This document shows positions 21,601-28,800 of a stretch of 64,000 nucleotides of DNA, in pieces; position 1 is the stretch's first letter, and every line of letters begins with the position of its first letter. The notes under the pieces were generated by a model. It had not been told where the DNA came from. It searched no databases and worked only from the letters and a program-made list of their open reading frames with translations. Both the position numbers and the translations under genes were made by a program. The stretch lies in the NCBI GenBank assembly GCA_947469485.1, contig CANIPU010000005.1, positions 98,199-162,198 of the forward strand, in the 5' to 3' direction. Origin of the DNA: Chitinophagaceae bacterium (lineage in GTDB: Bacteria; Bacteroidota; Bacteroidia; Chitinophagales; UBA10324).

Positions 21601-24600
21601 CATCAGTTCAATCATCAAATTTAAATGGAAGTGTTGTTGTGGTTTCTCCTTCATTAACTACTAATTACACTGTTAGCGCAGTTGATTCAAATGGATGTTC
21701 AAATGATACAATAATTACAATTTTTATTATACCACAACTAAATGTTTTGGTTAATAGCCCAATTATATGTGGAGGTGATTCAGCAATTCTTGTTGCCCAA
21801 GGTGCTTCAAGCTATAATTGGATTTCTCTTTCATCTTTAAATGATTCAATTGTTGTTCAGCCTTTAATAACAACTTCTTATTCAGTAATAGGTTTAGCGA
21901 ATTCATGTTCCGACACAGCAACCGCAATTGTAACTGTACTTACGCCACCAATATTATCGGTTGATAATGATACTATTTGCCTTGGCTCCCAAGGAATCCT
22001 TTTTGCCTCTGGTGCAACAAATTATACCTGGTTGCCTGGTGGATTTGCGGGTGATACAATAGTTGTAGCTCCTAATGTAACTTCAACATATACTTTGATA
22101 GGAAATAATGGTTCATGTGTTGATTCCATTAATGCTGTTGTAATTGTGAATCAAATTCCAGATGTAAGTTTCATAGGATTGGAGTCAACATATTGTGCAA
22201 ATTCTAATCCTGATACACTTATAGGGATTCCAACTGGTGGAACTTTTAGTGGAGACGGAATCATAGGAAATGTTTTCTATCCAAACCTTGTAACAGATTC
22301 AATTGCAGTTATAACTTATAGCTATACAGATAGTAATGGTTGCTTTAATGATTCGTCAATAAGTACAATAATTATTCAACAGCCAACTTTAACAGTAGCA
22401 AGTACTGCAATTTGTTTTGGTGATTCAGCTACCTTGGTTGTACAGGGGGCTTCAAACTATATATGGCTTACTGTTCCATCCACTAACGATACTATTAATG
22501 TACAACCAGTTACTACAACTTCTTATACTGTTATTGGTTTTGCTAATTCCTGTTCTGATACAGCTGTTGCTGTTGTAAATATTTTGCCTCCACCAAGTAT
22601 TAATGTTATTGACGACACTATTTGTTCGGGAGCGACAGCTACTTTAATCGCAAATGGTGCGTACAATTATACATGGTTTCCTGGTAACCTTTCTGGTAAT
22701 TCAATAACTGTTTCACCAACAACAACTTCTACATATACAATTATTGGAAATAATGGAAGTTGTGATGATACAACTATTGCGATTGTTGTTGTAAATCAAG
22801 CACCAATAGTGAGCTTTAGTGGATTGGAACCATCGTATTGTGCGAACAATCTTCCTGATACTTTAATAGGAATTCCTGCAGGTGGTGTTTTTAGTGGAAT
22901 AGGTGTAGTTGGAAATATTTTTAATTCCAATCTGGTATCAGGTGCAACCGATATAACATATACATATTCAGATGCAAACGGATGTGCAGCTGATACAATG
23001 ATGAGCTCAACAGTTAATCTTCAATTAACTATAGCAGTTAATAGTGTGAGTATATGCAATGGAGATTCGGCAACTTTAATTGCGCAAGGAGCATCAAACT
23101 ACAATTGGATATCACTTTCAACTACAAATGATACTGTAAATGTTAGTCCTGGTACAACAACTTCATATACTGTTATTGGATATTTGAATTCATGTACTGA
23201 TACTCAAGTTGCAGTTGTTAGTATTCTTAACCCTCCGGTTACAAGTGTTAATAGCGATACAATTTGCGCTGGGTCAACTACTACATTAATTGCGAATGGA
23301 GCAACTAATTATACCTGGATGCCTGGTGGATTTATCGGCTCTTCACTTTCAATATCTCCTCTAGTAACAACAACTTTCACTGTGATTGGCAGCAATGGTT
23401 CTTGTTCCGATACAACCAGTATAATTGTTGTTGTAAATCCATTGCCAACAATTAGTTTCGTTGGACTACAACCATCTTATTGCTCTAACAATACTATTGA
23501 TACATTAATTGGAATTCCTTCTGGAGGTGTTTTTAGTGGAACTGGAGTAATCGGAAATAGCTTTTATTCAAATCTCGTTGCAGGTTTTTCCTCTACTGTA
23601 GCCTATTCTTATACTGACATCAATGGATGTCAGGCAGCTGATAGTCAAACAACCGTTATAAATAGCGGGGCTTTAATTTCAGTAAACTCTCCTTTAAATA
23701 CAATTTGTTCAGCAAATCCGGTTTCAATTACTGCTAATGGAGGTGTAAGTTATGCTTGGTCACCTTCAACCGGATTAAATGTTACTACCGGAACCAATGT
23801 AATTGCTATGCCTCTAAATAATAGTACATATACTGTTATTGGAATTGATGCAAATGGATGTTCAGGTCAAGCTACTGCAATTGTTGCAATTGGCTCTAAC
23901 CTTTCAGTCAATATCACCTCAACAAACGATAGTATTTGCCTTGGTCAAACTATCTCGCTTACTGCATTCGGAGGCTCTGATTATACATGGTCTCCATCAG
24001 TATATTTAGCAAGTACAACCGGAAGTACTGTTAGTGCAACACCTACTGCAAATATTACATATACAGTTTTCGTTTCTAATGCTAATGGTTGTACCGGTCA
24101 AACAAGTATTCCTGTAACTGTGCTACCTAATCCAGTTGTAACTGTTTCGAATGATACAATTTGCAATGGGCAATTTGCAAATTTGAATGCTACTGGAGCT
24201 TCATCGTATCATTGGTCAACAAATGCTCTTGGAAGTACAATTTCTGTAAATCCTACAATAACTACTTCATATTTTGTTGTTGGAATGAATGGAGCATGTG
24301 CGGATACAGCTTCTGCACTTGTAGTAGTTAATCAATTGCCTTTAATTAATGTTGTTTCCAATCAAAATAGTTTTTGTCAAGGGCAAACTAGTATACTAAC
24401 TGCAAGCGGTGCAATTACTTATGAGTGGTTTCCATCTTTCGGCTTAAATGCAACTTCAGGAGCAGTTGTAATTACATCAACTGCTTCAACAACAACCTAT
24501 ACAATAGTTGGAACAAATAGTAACGGATGCACAAGTTCGCAAACAATCGATATAACAGTTTTTCAATTACCAATGGCGGCCGCTGGTTCTGATGTAGAAT

Positions 24601-25766
24601 TGTGTGAGGGAAGTAATCTGCAATTAAATGCTACAGGCGGTACAAGTTATGAATGGTCACCTCAGGCAGGATTGGATAACCCATTTATATCAAATCCTAT
24701 TGCTTCACCAGCCGGAACCACTTCATATATTGTTAATGTTGGTAATCAAAACGGTTGTTATGCTAAAGATACTGTCAATATAATTGTTCACTTAACCCCT
24801 TCGGTAAATGCCGGTCCTACTCAAACAATTTGTATTTCCGACTCGGTAATTCTAAATGGAACAGGAGCTTCTTTTTATAGTTGGACTCCATCAGTTTATT
24901 TAAATGACTCTTCTTTACAAAATCCAACCTGTATTCCGCAATTCAATATTACTTATACACTTACAGTAACAGATTCGTTTGGATGTAATGCAACAGATAC
25001 AGTTTCGGTGAAAGTTTTAAGACCATTCAATATTAGTGCAACCCCTGACATTTCAATTTGCAAAAATGATCAAACACAATTGAATGCATTTGGTGGAAAT
25101 AATTATCAATGGTCTCCTTCAAACGGATTGGATAATTCAACGATTTCAAATCCAGTGGCTTCACCTTCTGAAACAACCACATATATTGTAATATCAAATG
25201 ATGGTCAATGTTTTTCAGCAGCAGATACAGTTGTAGTTACAGTAAACCAGTTGCCAATAGTATATGCCGGAACTGATGTTGATTTGCTTTATGGTTCAAC
25301 TTATCAATTGTATGGTTATACAAACGGAAGTGGGGTAGAGTGGTCGCCAGCTGACTTTTTAAGTTGTACTGATTGCATTAATCCAGTTGTAAATCATTTG
25401 AATACTCCTATGACTTATTTATTGACTGCAACTGATTCATTAGGTTGTAAAGCTGAAGCTTCAGTTCATATCAGTTTAACTTGCAATGAAGACCTTGTTT
25501 ATGTACCAAATGCCTTCACTCCAAACGGAGACAATAAGAATGATATATTCAGAATAAGAACTTATGGATTGAGTGAAGTGAAAGCATTTAGAGTATTCAA
25601 TCGTTGGGGCGAGATGGTTTTTGAATCCTTTGATGCTAGTGAGGGGTGGGATGGTAACTGGAACGGAGAATCATGTTCACCGGGTGTGTTTGTATATTAT
25701 CTAGAAGGCGCTTGCGCAAATGGTCAGGAAATTATGAAGAAAGGAAATGTTACTTTAATTCGATAA
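9666..25766 (+). CDS. Giant T9SS type-B substrate (5366 aa), SprB-like adhesin: ~15 PKD domains, ~23 SprB repeats, ~30 Ig-like repeats, CTD
   Basis: Signal peptide (LKA-Q); PKD motif WNFGD...NP.H.Y...G.Y.VTL; SprB repeat C...NGSIDLTVTGGT.PY.Y.WSNG.TT.DL..L..G.Y.VTVTD.NGC; CTD YVPNAFTPNGDNKND...FNRWGE...WDG...KGNVTLIR. Confidence 0.93.
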   Translation: MGSTNFCRGFIIFKFLLIISVVGLKAQPFADFSFVAPTPNCNPAVYSFTNLSTGIAPISYEWNFGVYPGVNSVFQNPSTTFLNCGNFNVQLIVTDGIGIKDTVTYPIVIWCLPTASYSVDNSSGCLPFYESFTSTSTPGSGILTDFVWDFGDGYSGTGTNPYHTYQDEGCKLVTLIVTNSFNCVADTTISDVLCVYTPPQAGFISSVSTSCAVPFIVSYQDTSLHGLAPFSYQWIFNGGVPATDTTANPVVTYNSAGNYSAVLIVTDANGCTDTITNDNYIVIANNTSSLDLSSDHGCPPFSLTLNGVSSSSPIGWNWSISPSGIILDSTVQSTSVSISDTGVFSLCLNIDYGSGCIAQSCTTIISHPSPEANYSINGLLNTCLRPNPISFIDSSTGSNLSYAWSFSGGFPSSANTSTPDTINYVACGTYSASLTVTDDFGCVDTYSSTDFLTINCPAANFIATPSSGCIPLSVNFNSTTSTSNPIQWEWNFGDPASGILNIDYSQNPSHVYNVPGCYTVSLITTNAEGCKDTIIVSNAICCSTPPTVAFSATPAENCANLPIYFTNQATGIYSYTTYTWDFHGVPDYNNESTNPNPTYIYNDTGLFDVTLIVSNYGCSDTLTINDMVHLLPPVANITLTRSCTLPYVITLNGSGSIGADTYTWVIPGGNPSFASTPIVSVTYTTTGNHSASLFVTNASTGCTDQMNVNIPVRDIAAHFTGTPLSGCAPLISCMTNTSVDAVSYAWLVSNSSGSTVATSSSTSPCFTLSIPGIYNVRLIATDQFGCKDTLYHPSYITVWGPIVDFLGTPLIGCAPLVVDFADLSSAPTSSIVSWSWSFGDTASGINNSSNLQNPVHTFINPGFYTIGLTITDNNGCTKTNIKTNYIQVIQPIASFLLTDTTICLGNSACFINTSTGTGLTYEWGFGNGTTSTTSNPCFLYNNNGNYTITLIVTDATGCTDTAEKNSYVNVTHPVANLIADTTNSSCPPLTVHFINLATDIDANSTYYWKFGDGQVSSAPNPSHIYNMAGTFDVTLIVTNQNGCKDTIVFDDYINIGGPEGHISQLPTSGCVPHFTCFEAESASTISFTWNFGDGTVIVNGDSICHTYVTTGTFYSELILNDGIGCVYALPIGIVEVNGANCVFNLDNPVLCENGNVQFSDASYGTSPITQWNWNFGDLASGAQNSSSLQNPSHFFASPGVYPISLSIVTIDGCTNSYFDTVLVQSAPIADFARGDSSICAPDSVHFFDLTISTSPTISWSWNFGDAASGINNTDTLQNSVHFYQFPGTYSVTLTTLAANGCSDSYTIPVYVHDTVIANAGADKIICYGQGAVLNATGGALYTWIPSIGLSDANISSPVATPIITTSYTVIVSNIWGCSDIDSVNVIVNPVPVISSLTANDDTCSSGNAVAIVNAMGGTSPFTYFWNSIPSQNDSVAYSLSGGNTYSVIVTDANGCTVLQPITIADLPGPVINAVGISSTCGISNGTVNVVASGGNGSLIYVWNTTDITQSINNLLAGNYEVTVSDDFNCEAIDNVLVSDLAGPTASIAHINPTCELNNGTINLIIYGGNAPFYYLWSNGASTQDLSSLNPGIYSVTVTDQFGCVYSLTDSIQNQPSPLISATVVNATCHINNGSIDLNIMGGTAPFLINWNNGAYSTEDLNSVLSGAYTVLVTDQNGCTATATFVISDTPIPVLTYTTIASTCGSSNGSIDLTVTGGVAPYTYLWWNGETTEDLSGFPAGAYGITVIGANGCLSNTIITLNDLTAPTLTLSQSNNTCGNNNGSIDLTISGGAFPFAYQWSGGETTQDILNLAIGTYTVTVIDGNGCLAFSNTTLINIQGPSLSTFSANSSCGYTNGSINLVVTNGTAPYTYTWSSGQSTQDLSNVISGIYSVAVSDSNNCIATTSDSLNNIAGPSLSHLTQNSTCLNSNGSVDVSIIGGTAPYTYDWNSGAYSSEDLINVPSGVYNVIVSDQNGCTVSDFITLNNTAGPTLSVSSINSTCANSNGSIDLSISGGTAPFFVNWNSGQFFTEDINNLSPNSYTVVVIDSNNCESTFTQVINNNSGPIANSSVTNATCASGNGEVLLTITGGTMPFSYLWSNGSTIQDIQNLAAGNYEVTITDSNYCVTVLSAIISDVSVPISVCTANNSICGSNNGSVDLTVVSGVSPYNYSWSNGNTTQNLSGLAPGLYYVTILDQNNCVLIDTAEVLNSNSPSLSASHINSNCGNSNGHIYLSINNGATPYSFQWSNGALSQNINYISAGSYTVTVTDGNGCTVETTESLINITGPSSLSFGSQSSICGNSNGMVWVNASGGTAPYSYNWNTVPLQTNDTAFNLAGGTSYSVTVTDANLCTISGSVLNAIIAGPTSSISKTNCTCNEINGGIDLTVSAGTAPFLYSWNNGESTSDLDSLQAGLYTVTISDGNGCLTTISTTITNVPSPSVNYNFNNTTCGNNNGSIDLIIIGGTAPFFYDWNSGQFATQDLLNLAAGNYLIHLVDAAGCQVDSVITLLDHSGPTVSLITQNATCNYNNGFASAVINGGTAPFEYLWSNGVVDSFNTSLLPGSYTFQVTDSNGCVSIDTVVISNTSGPSLTATHIDETCGSNNGSININLANGTAPFIYDWNSGLYNTQNLSNLSAGTYFIVVVDANSCQAISLQTIDSLPAPVLVSIITNSLCSTNNGSIDITITGGATPYNYNWSNGATTEDLNSLVPGIYILAFTDGSGCSIIDSFLVSGSSIINTSILATNANCGISNGSIDLTVTGGTMPYAFNWSNSETNEDIDSLSDGLYVVNIFDSLGCAVSDSVVLVQNNSPELSIYSTNETCTGYDGAVDIDISGGTLPFVFNWSNGASTEDISGLSAGSYSVTVTDVNGCSVVSTADVLASTEAVITYTLTDANCSTNTGAIDVSIFGGSYPLTFLWSNGATTEDINSLYAGSYSMTVTDFNGCNSYLTIAVQSAVTCSIQLTPSPSNCNLADGSIDLTVVGTPAFSYIWSNNDTTEDIVNLLAGYYSVTVTDANGCFVVDSAFVSYSSGPIAFGSVTQPTCSVSTGAIDLSVLGGTLPYSYLWSNSATTEDLLLLTGGNYSVTVIDAIGCQTFGNFSVIDITPINLSVTNVAPMCQGSSVVISASGAVSYSWSPTIGLSTSTGSNVLATPVVSTTYTITGFDSVGCFDTVSVAVIISPLSTISSTTSSNLICFGDSALIVVTGGSSLIWSPVSSLSFISMHSAYATPTSLTTYTITESNALGCTSSTSVVINVMPQYTISVSSSDTDLCSGESTTLIASGALSYSWFPSTGLNTTTGANVIASPSQTTTYFVTGTNASGCNVTDSIVVIVHPPVVVDVSPFNPSICLGSSINLTATGAVYYIWTPSSGLNNVLSSSVIATPTSTTTYTVTGTDSFGCIGYNAVVVSIGTSFALYLNDNAPSICLGIADTINVSGAFNATYSWSPSVNYLDATGANVTVNPNASTIYTVIATDANGCTGSTTANVTVNNPPVIASTNAQACLGTSASLTVSGAANYFWFPSTGISNSTGNSQIASPDSTTIYTIIGVDLNGCADTSYSTFTINPLPVLSAVPSATSICNGSSATIVASGANVYQWAPSIGLSASTGASVVAQPLVSTTYTLFGTNPAGCTNSVTAVVNVGAPVTIINTPIYPSICLGDSLIITLSGASSYQWSPSTGLSSSIGITVVATPVVSTNYLVVGTDVNGCTGFTTIDITVNPNIVMTGSSESVCIGQSATLNSSGAYFYVWNPDVTLNSYYDSTVIATPVTNTTYTLTGMNMYGCTDTALYSVTVNPLPNVSIDGLVPFYCSNSLIDTLTMNPTGGILFGSGVFGNTFNPSLAGIGGPFFVTYSYTDSFGCSSYDNDTTFVGGNALIVAATNNTTICNGSSTILSVSGGLNYNWSPSIGLSSLTGDTVVANPSVTTTYFVSGVNADGCSGTDSVTVFVTSPNQISIIVASDSICAGTSTTISLAGSLNYSWQPSVQSSNLNGSVVVVSPSLTTNYTVSAVDSNGCSNDTIITIFIIPQLNVLVNSPIICGGDSAILVAQGASSYNWISLSSLNDSIVVQPLITTSYSVIGLANSCSDTATAIVTVLTPPILSVDNDTICLGSQGILFASGATNYTWLPGGFAGDTIVVAPNVTSTYTLIGNNGSCVDSINAVVIVNQIPDVSFIGLESTYCANSNPDTLIGIPTGGTFSGDGIIGNVFYPNLVTDSIAVITYSYTDSNGCFNDSSISTIIIQQPTLTVASTAICFGDSATLVVQGASNYIWLTVPSTNDTINVQPVTTTSYTVIGFANSCSDTAVAVVNILPPPSINVIDDTICSGATATLIANGAYNYTWFPGNLSGNSITVSPTTTSTYTIIGNNGSCDDTTIAIVVVNQAPIVSFSGLEPSYCANNLPDTLIGIPAGGVFSGIGVVGNIFNSNLVSGATDITYTYSDANGCAADTMMSSTVNLQLTIAVNSVSICNGDSATLIAQGASNYNWISLSTTNDTVNVSPGTTTSYTVIGYLNSCTDTQVAVVSILNPPVTSVNSDTICAGSTTTLIANGATNYTWMPGGFIGSSLSISPLVTTTFTVIGSNGSCSDTTSIIVVVNPLPTISFVGLQPSYCSNNTIDTLIGIPSGGVFSGTGVIGNSFYSNLVAGFSSTVAYSYTDINGCQAADSQTTVINSGALISVNSPLNTICSANPVSITANGGVSYAWSPSTGLNVTTGTNVIAMPLNNSTYTVIGIDANGCSGQATAIVAIGSNLSVNITSTNDSICLGQTISLTAFGGSDYTWSPSVYLASTTGSTVSATPTANITYTVFVSNANGCTGQTSIPVTVLPNPVVTVSNDTICNGQFANLNATGASSYHWSTNALGSTISVNPTITTSYFVVGMNGACADTASALVVVNQLPLINVVSNQNSFCQGQTSILTASGAITYEWFPSFGLNATSGAVVITSTASTTTYTIVGTNSNGCTSSQTIDITVFQLPMAAAGSDVELCEGSNLQLNATGGTSYEWSPQAGLDNPFISNPIASPAGTTSYIVNVGNQNGCYAKDTVNIIVHLTPSVNAGPTQTICISDSVILNGTGASFYSWTPSVYLNDSSLQNPTCIPQFNITYTLTVTDSFGCNATDTVSVKVLRPFNISATPDISICKNDQTQLNAFGGNNYQWSPSNGLDNSTISNPVASPSETTTYIVISNDGQCFSAADTVVVTVNQLPIVYAGTDVDLLYGSTYQLYGYTNGSGVEWSPADFLSCTDCINPVVNHLNTPMTYLLTATDSLGCKAEASVHISLTCNEDLVYVPNAFTPNGDNKNDIFRIRTYGLSEVKAFRVFNRWGEMVFESFDASEGWDGNWNGESCSPGVFVYYLEGACANGQEIMKKGNVTLIR
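13840..18970 (+). repeat. Array of ~23 SprB-type repeats (~74 aa, ~222 nt each), diverged at DNA level
   Basis: Counted by eye from DTCSSGNA to PTCSVSTG; boundaries approximate. Confidence 0.85.
21732..23660 (+). repeat. Three tandem copies of a ~645-nt (~215 aa, three-domain) super-repeat
   Basis: Units start near 21732, 22380 and 23019, each IC.GDSA.L..QGAS.Y.W / DTIC.G....L.A.GA.NYTW.PG / YC.N...DTLIGIP.GG.FSG.G..GN.F. Confidence 0.85.
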
Positions 25767-25893
25767 TAATTCGAAGTTTCAGGCTGGTCTGTTATAGTTT
25801 TTGAATTCTTTATAAAAAATAGCCTTTAAAAAAAATTTAAACATTTTTTAAAAGAAATTACCTTACTTTGAGGAAATTGTTTTTCTGTCTCAA

Positions 25894-28800
25894 ATGAAGG
25901 TTTTTCGCATATTACTTTTTATATTATTTATATTCGAATTTAATCAATCGAAATCACAAGTTGTTGCAAACTTTACTATTAATTATCAAAATCCAAATTG
26001 TGCACCAACAACAATTTCTTTTACAAACTTATCGACAGGTTCCGGATTAACTTATGAATGGAATTTCGGCGTAAATCCTGGTGTAAATTCAACAATTATT
26101 AATCCTTCCTTTTCGTATTTAACTTGTGGGAATTATATAGTTACTTTAATTGTAACAGATGGAATTTCAATTGACACTTCAACTCAAACAGCAAATATTT
26201 ATTGCAGCCCTGTTGCTTCATTCAATGCAACCCCACTATCGGGATGTGTGCCATTAACAGCTCAATTTAATAGTACAACAGCTATAGGTTCTGCACCAAT
26301 CAGCACTTATTTCTGGGATTTCGGTGATGGGAACACAGGTAACTTCGCTATTACAAGTCATACTTATACAATATCAGGATGTAAAAGTGTTAGTCTTATT
26401 GTAACGGATGCAAATGGTTGCAATGATGATACAACCATGTCAAACCTGATATGCATTGACGATCAACCTAATGCTTCCTTTACAGCAAGTACTAATGTTT
26501 CTTGCAGTGCTCCATTCACAATCGATTACACCAGTACTTCCACCGGTACCGGAACATTGAATTATCAATGGTTCTTCCCGGGAGGGATACCTGCTACCTC
26601 AATTCTTTCAAACCCATCAGTTACTTATAATACTCCTGGGCTTTATGATGTAACTTTAATTGTTACAAATTTATCCGGATGCAGTGATACATTAACTCAA
26701 TCAAATTTTGCCGCGATTGCAAGCAACATTGCAGATTTTACATTGAATGCTACAAGTGGTTGTGTTCCTTTTGTTGTTGATGTTCAAGGCATTTCGTCTT
26801 CTGTTCCAATTGCTTGGGATTGGTCAACAATTCCAAATGCAATTCCTGCTTCAGCAAATACACAAAACGCTCAATTCACTTTTAATAGTGCAGGTAGTTA
26901 TCAAATTTGTTTGCAAATTACATATCCCGGAGGTTGCATAGCTACTAAATGCACTACAATTGTTGTTGCCAATTACCCAAATGCGAATTTTACTTTAACT
27001 GGAAATATATATACCTGTCAACCACCGCAGACGATTGATTATAATAATGCTTCTACCGGAGGTCCAGGATCATCTTATTACTGGCAATTTCCTGGTGGTG
27101 TTCCGGCTGTCTGGAATACAGCCAATCCACCTAATATTGTATACAGTAATTGCGGAGTTTATAATGCTACACTTATTGTAACTAATACCGCTGGTTGTTC
27201 AGATACTTTAGTCTATGACAGTGCTTCGGTAATAGATTGCCCGTTAGCCAGTTTTATCGCTTTGCCTCCGGCCGGATGCGGACCACTTAATTCGATTTTT
27301 ATTTATACCGGAACAACTGGCTCGCCAACTTCATGGCAATGGAATTTTGGAGATCCTGCAAGTGGAATATTAAATACTTCGAACCTTCAAAATCCTATTC
27401 ATACATTTAATAATACCGGATGCTATGATGTTTCACTGATTGTAAGTAATGCTTTAGGATGCACCGATACTGTAATAAATCAAAACATGGTTTGTGTCGG
27501 AAATCCGGCAATACCAAATTTTTCTGCCAATCCAACTGTTACATGCGCTTATCAACCTATAGCATTTACTAATTTATCAACTGGCACTGACTCTACAACC
27601 ACTTATCAATGGGACTTTATCGGATCTCCTCCTTTTGATATTATGAACTCAACTTCAGACCCGCAATATTTATATCCAGATACAGGTTGGTTTGATGTAA
27701 CTCTTGTAATTTGTAATAACGGGTGTTGTGATACACTTACTATTGATTCAATGGTTCACATTCTTCCCCCTATTGCCAATTTTTTTGTTGTTACTACTTG
27801 TGCAGATCCATACAATATTTCATTGCATGCAGGTAATTCAATTGCTGCAGATTCATTTTTCTGGAGCGTCCCTGGCGGAATTCCAAGTTCAACATCTGAT
27901 TCTGTAATTTCTGTAAATTATCCTTCAAATGGTACATATGCTATCGAACTTATTGTTCAGAATTTTCAAACAGGATGTTATGACACAATTGATCAGAATA
28001 TTACAATCAATAATGTAGTTGCAGATTTTAGTGCCAACGATTCTACAATATGTACTCCTGATCAGGTTTGCTTTACAAATCTTTCACAAAATGCCTCATC
28101 ATATCAATGGTCAATTTATAATTCTAGTGGTAATTTGATATGGTCGAGTAATGGAGCAAATCCATGTAAAACTTTTTATTTTGCTGGTGAATTTGATGTT
28201 CATCTGATAGCAACGGATGCAAATGGTTGTAAAGATACACTTATTAGTCCCCAGCTTATTTCTGCATTTGGATTGAATTTGAATTTTAGTGGAGTACCAT
28301 TGAGTGGTTGTATACCACTTTCAGTAGATTTTTCTTCTGCAGCTTCAAGTAGTGTTTCATCTGTTGTATCATATTTATGGAATTTTGGAGATTCAGCAAG
28401 CGGGTTTTTAGATTCAGCTTCAATTCAAAATCCAACGCACATATATAATAATGTTGGTTCTTATGATGTTACATTCGTAACATTAGATAATCATGGTTGT
28501 TATGATACTTTAGTTATTCCGCAATATGTAAATCCTTATCAGCCCAATGTTTCATTTATGGCAATTGATTCTACAGTATGTCTTGGTGAATCAACTTGTT
28601 TTTTTAATTCATCTTTTGGCGGAAGTCTTTCGTTTCAATGGGATTTTGGTGATAACGCAACTTCTGCATCTTTAAACCCTTGTCATACATATTTAGGTGT
28701 GGGTGATTACACTGTTACATTAATTGGAAGCGATACCTCAGGATGTGCGGATACAATGATTCGTACTCTTTATATTCATGTAACCGATCCTCAGGCAAAT

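Noticed and set aside
13840-25480. Long repeat arrays considered as CRISPR, DGR template/variable repeats or shufflon cassettes
   Set aside because: Repeats are protein-level, in frame and diverged at synonymous sites. I saw no identical direct repeats with spacers, no adenine-specific mismatch pair, and no reverse transcriptase, recombinase or cas gene in the window
9666-25766. Assigning the gene symbol sprB to the giant protein (and sprF/porP to the barrels)
   Set aside because: Family membership is clear but orthology is not; no sprC/sprD neighbours, and such paralogues are numerous in Bacteroidota
25780-25830. Possible terminator between the giant gene and its paralogue (AGGCT...AGCCT)
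   Set aside because: Weak, interrupted stem without a convincing U-tract; cannot decide whether the two genes are co-transcribed
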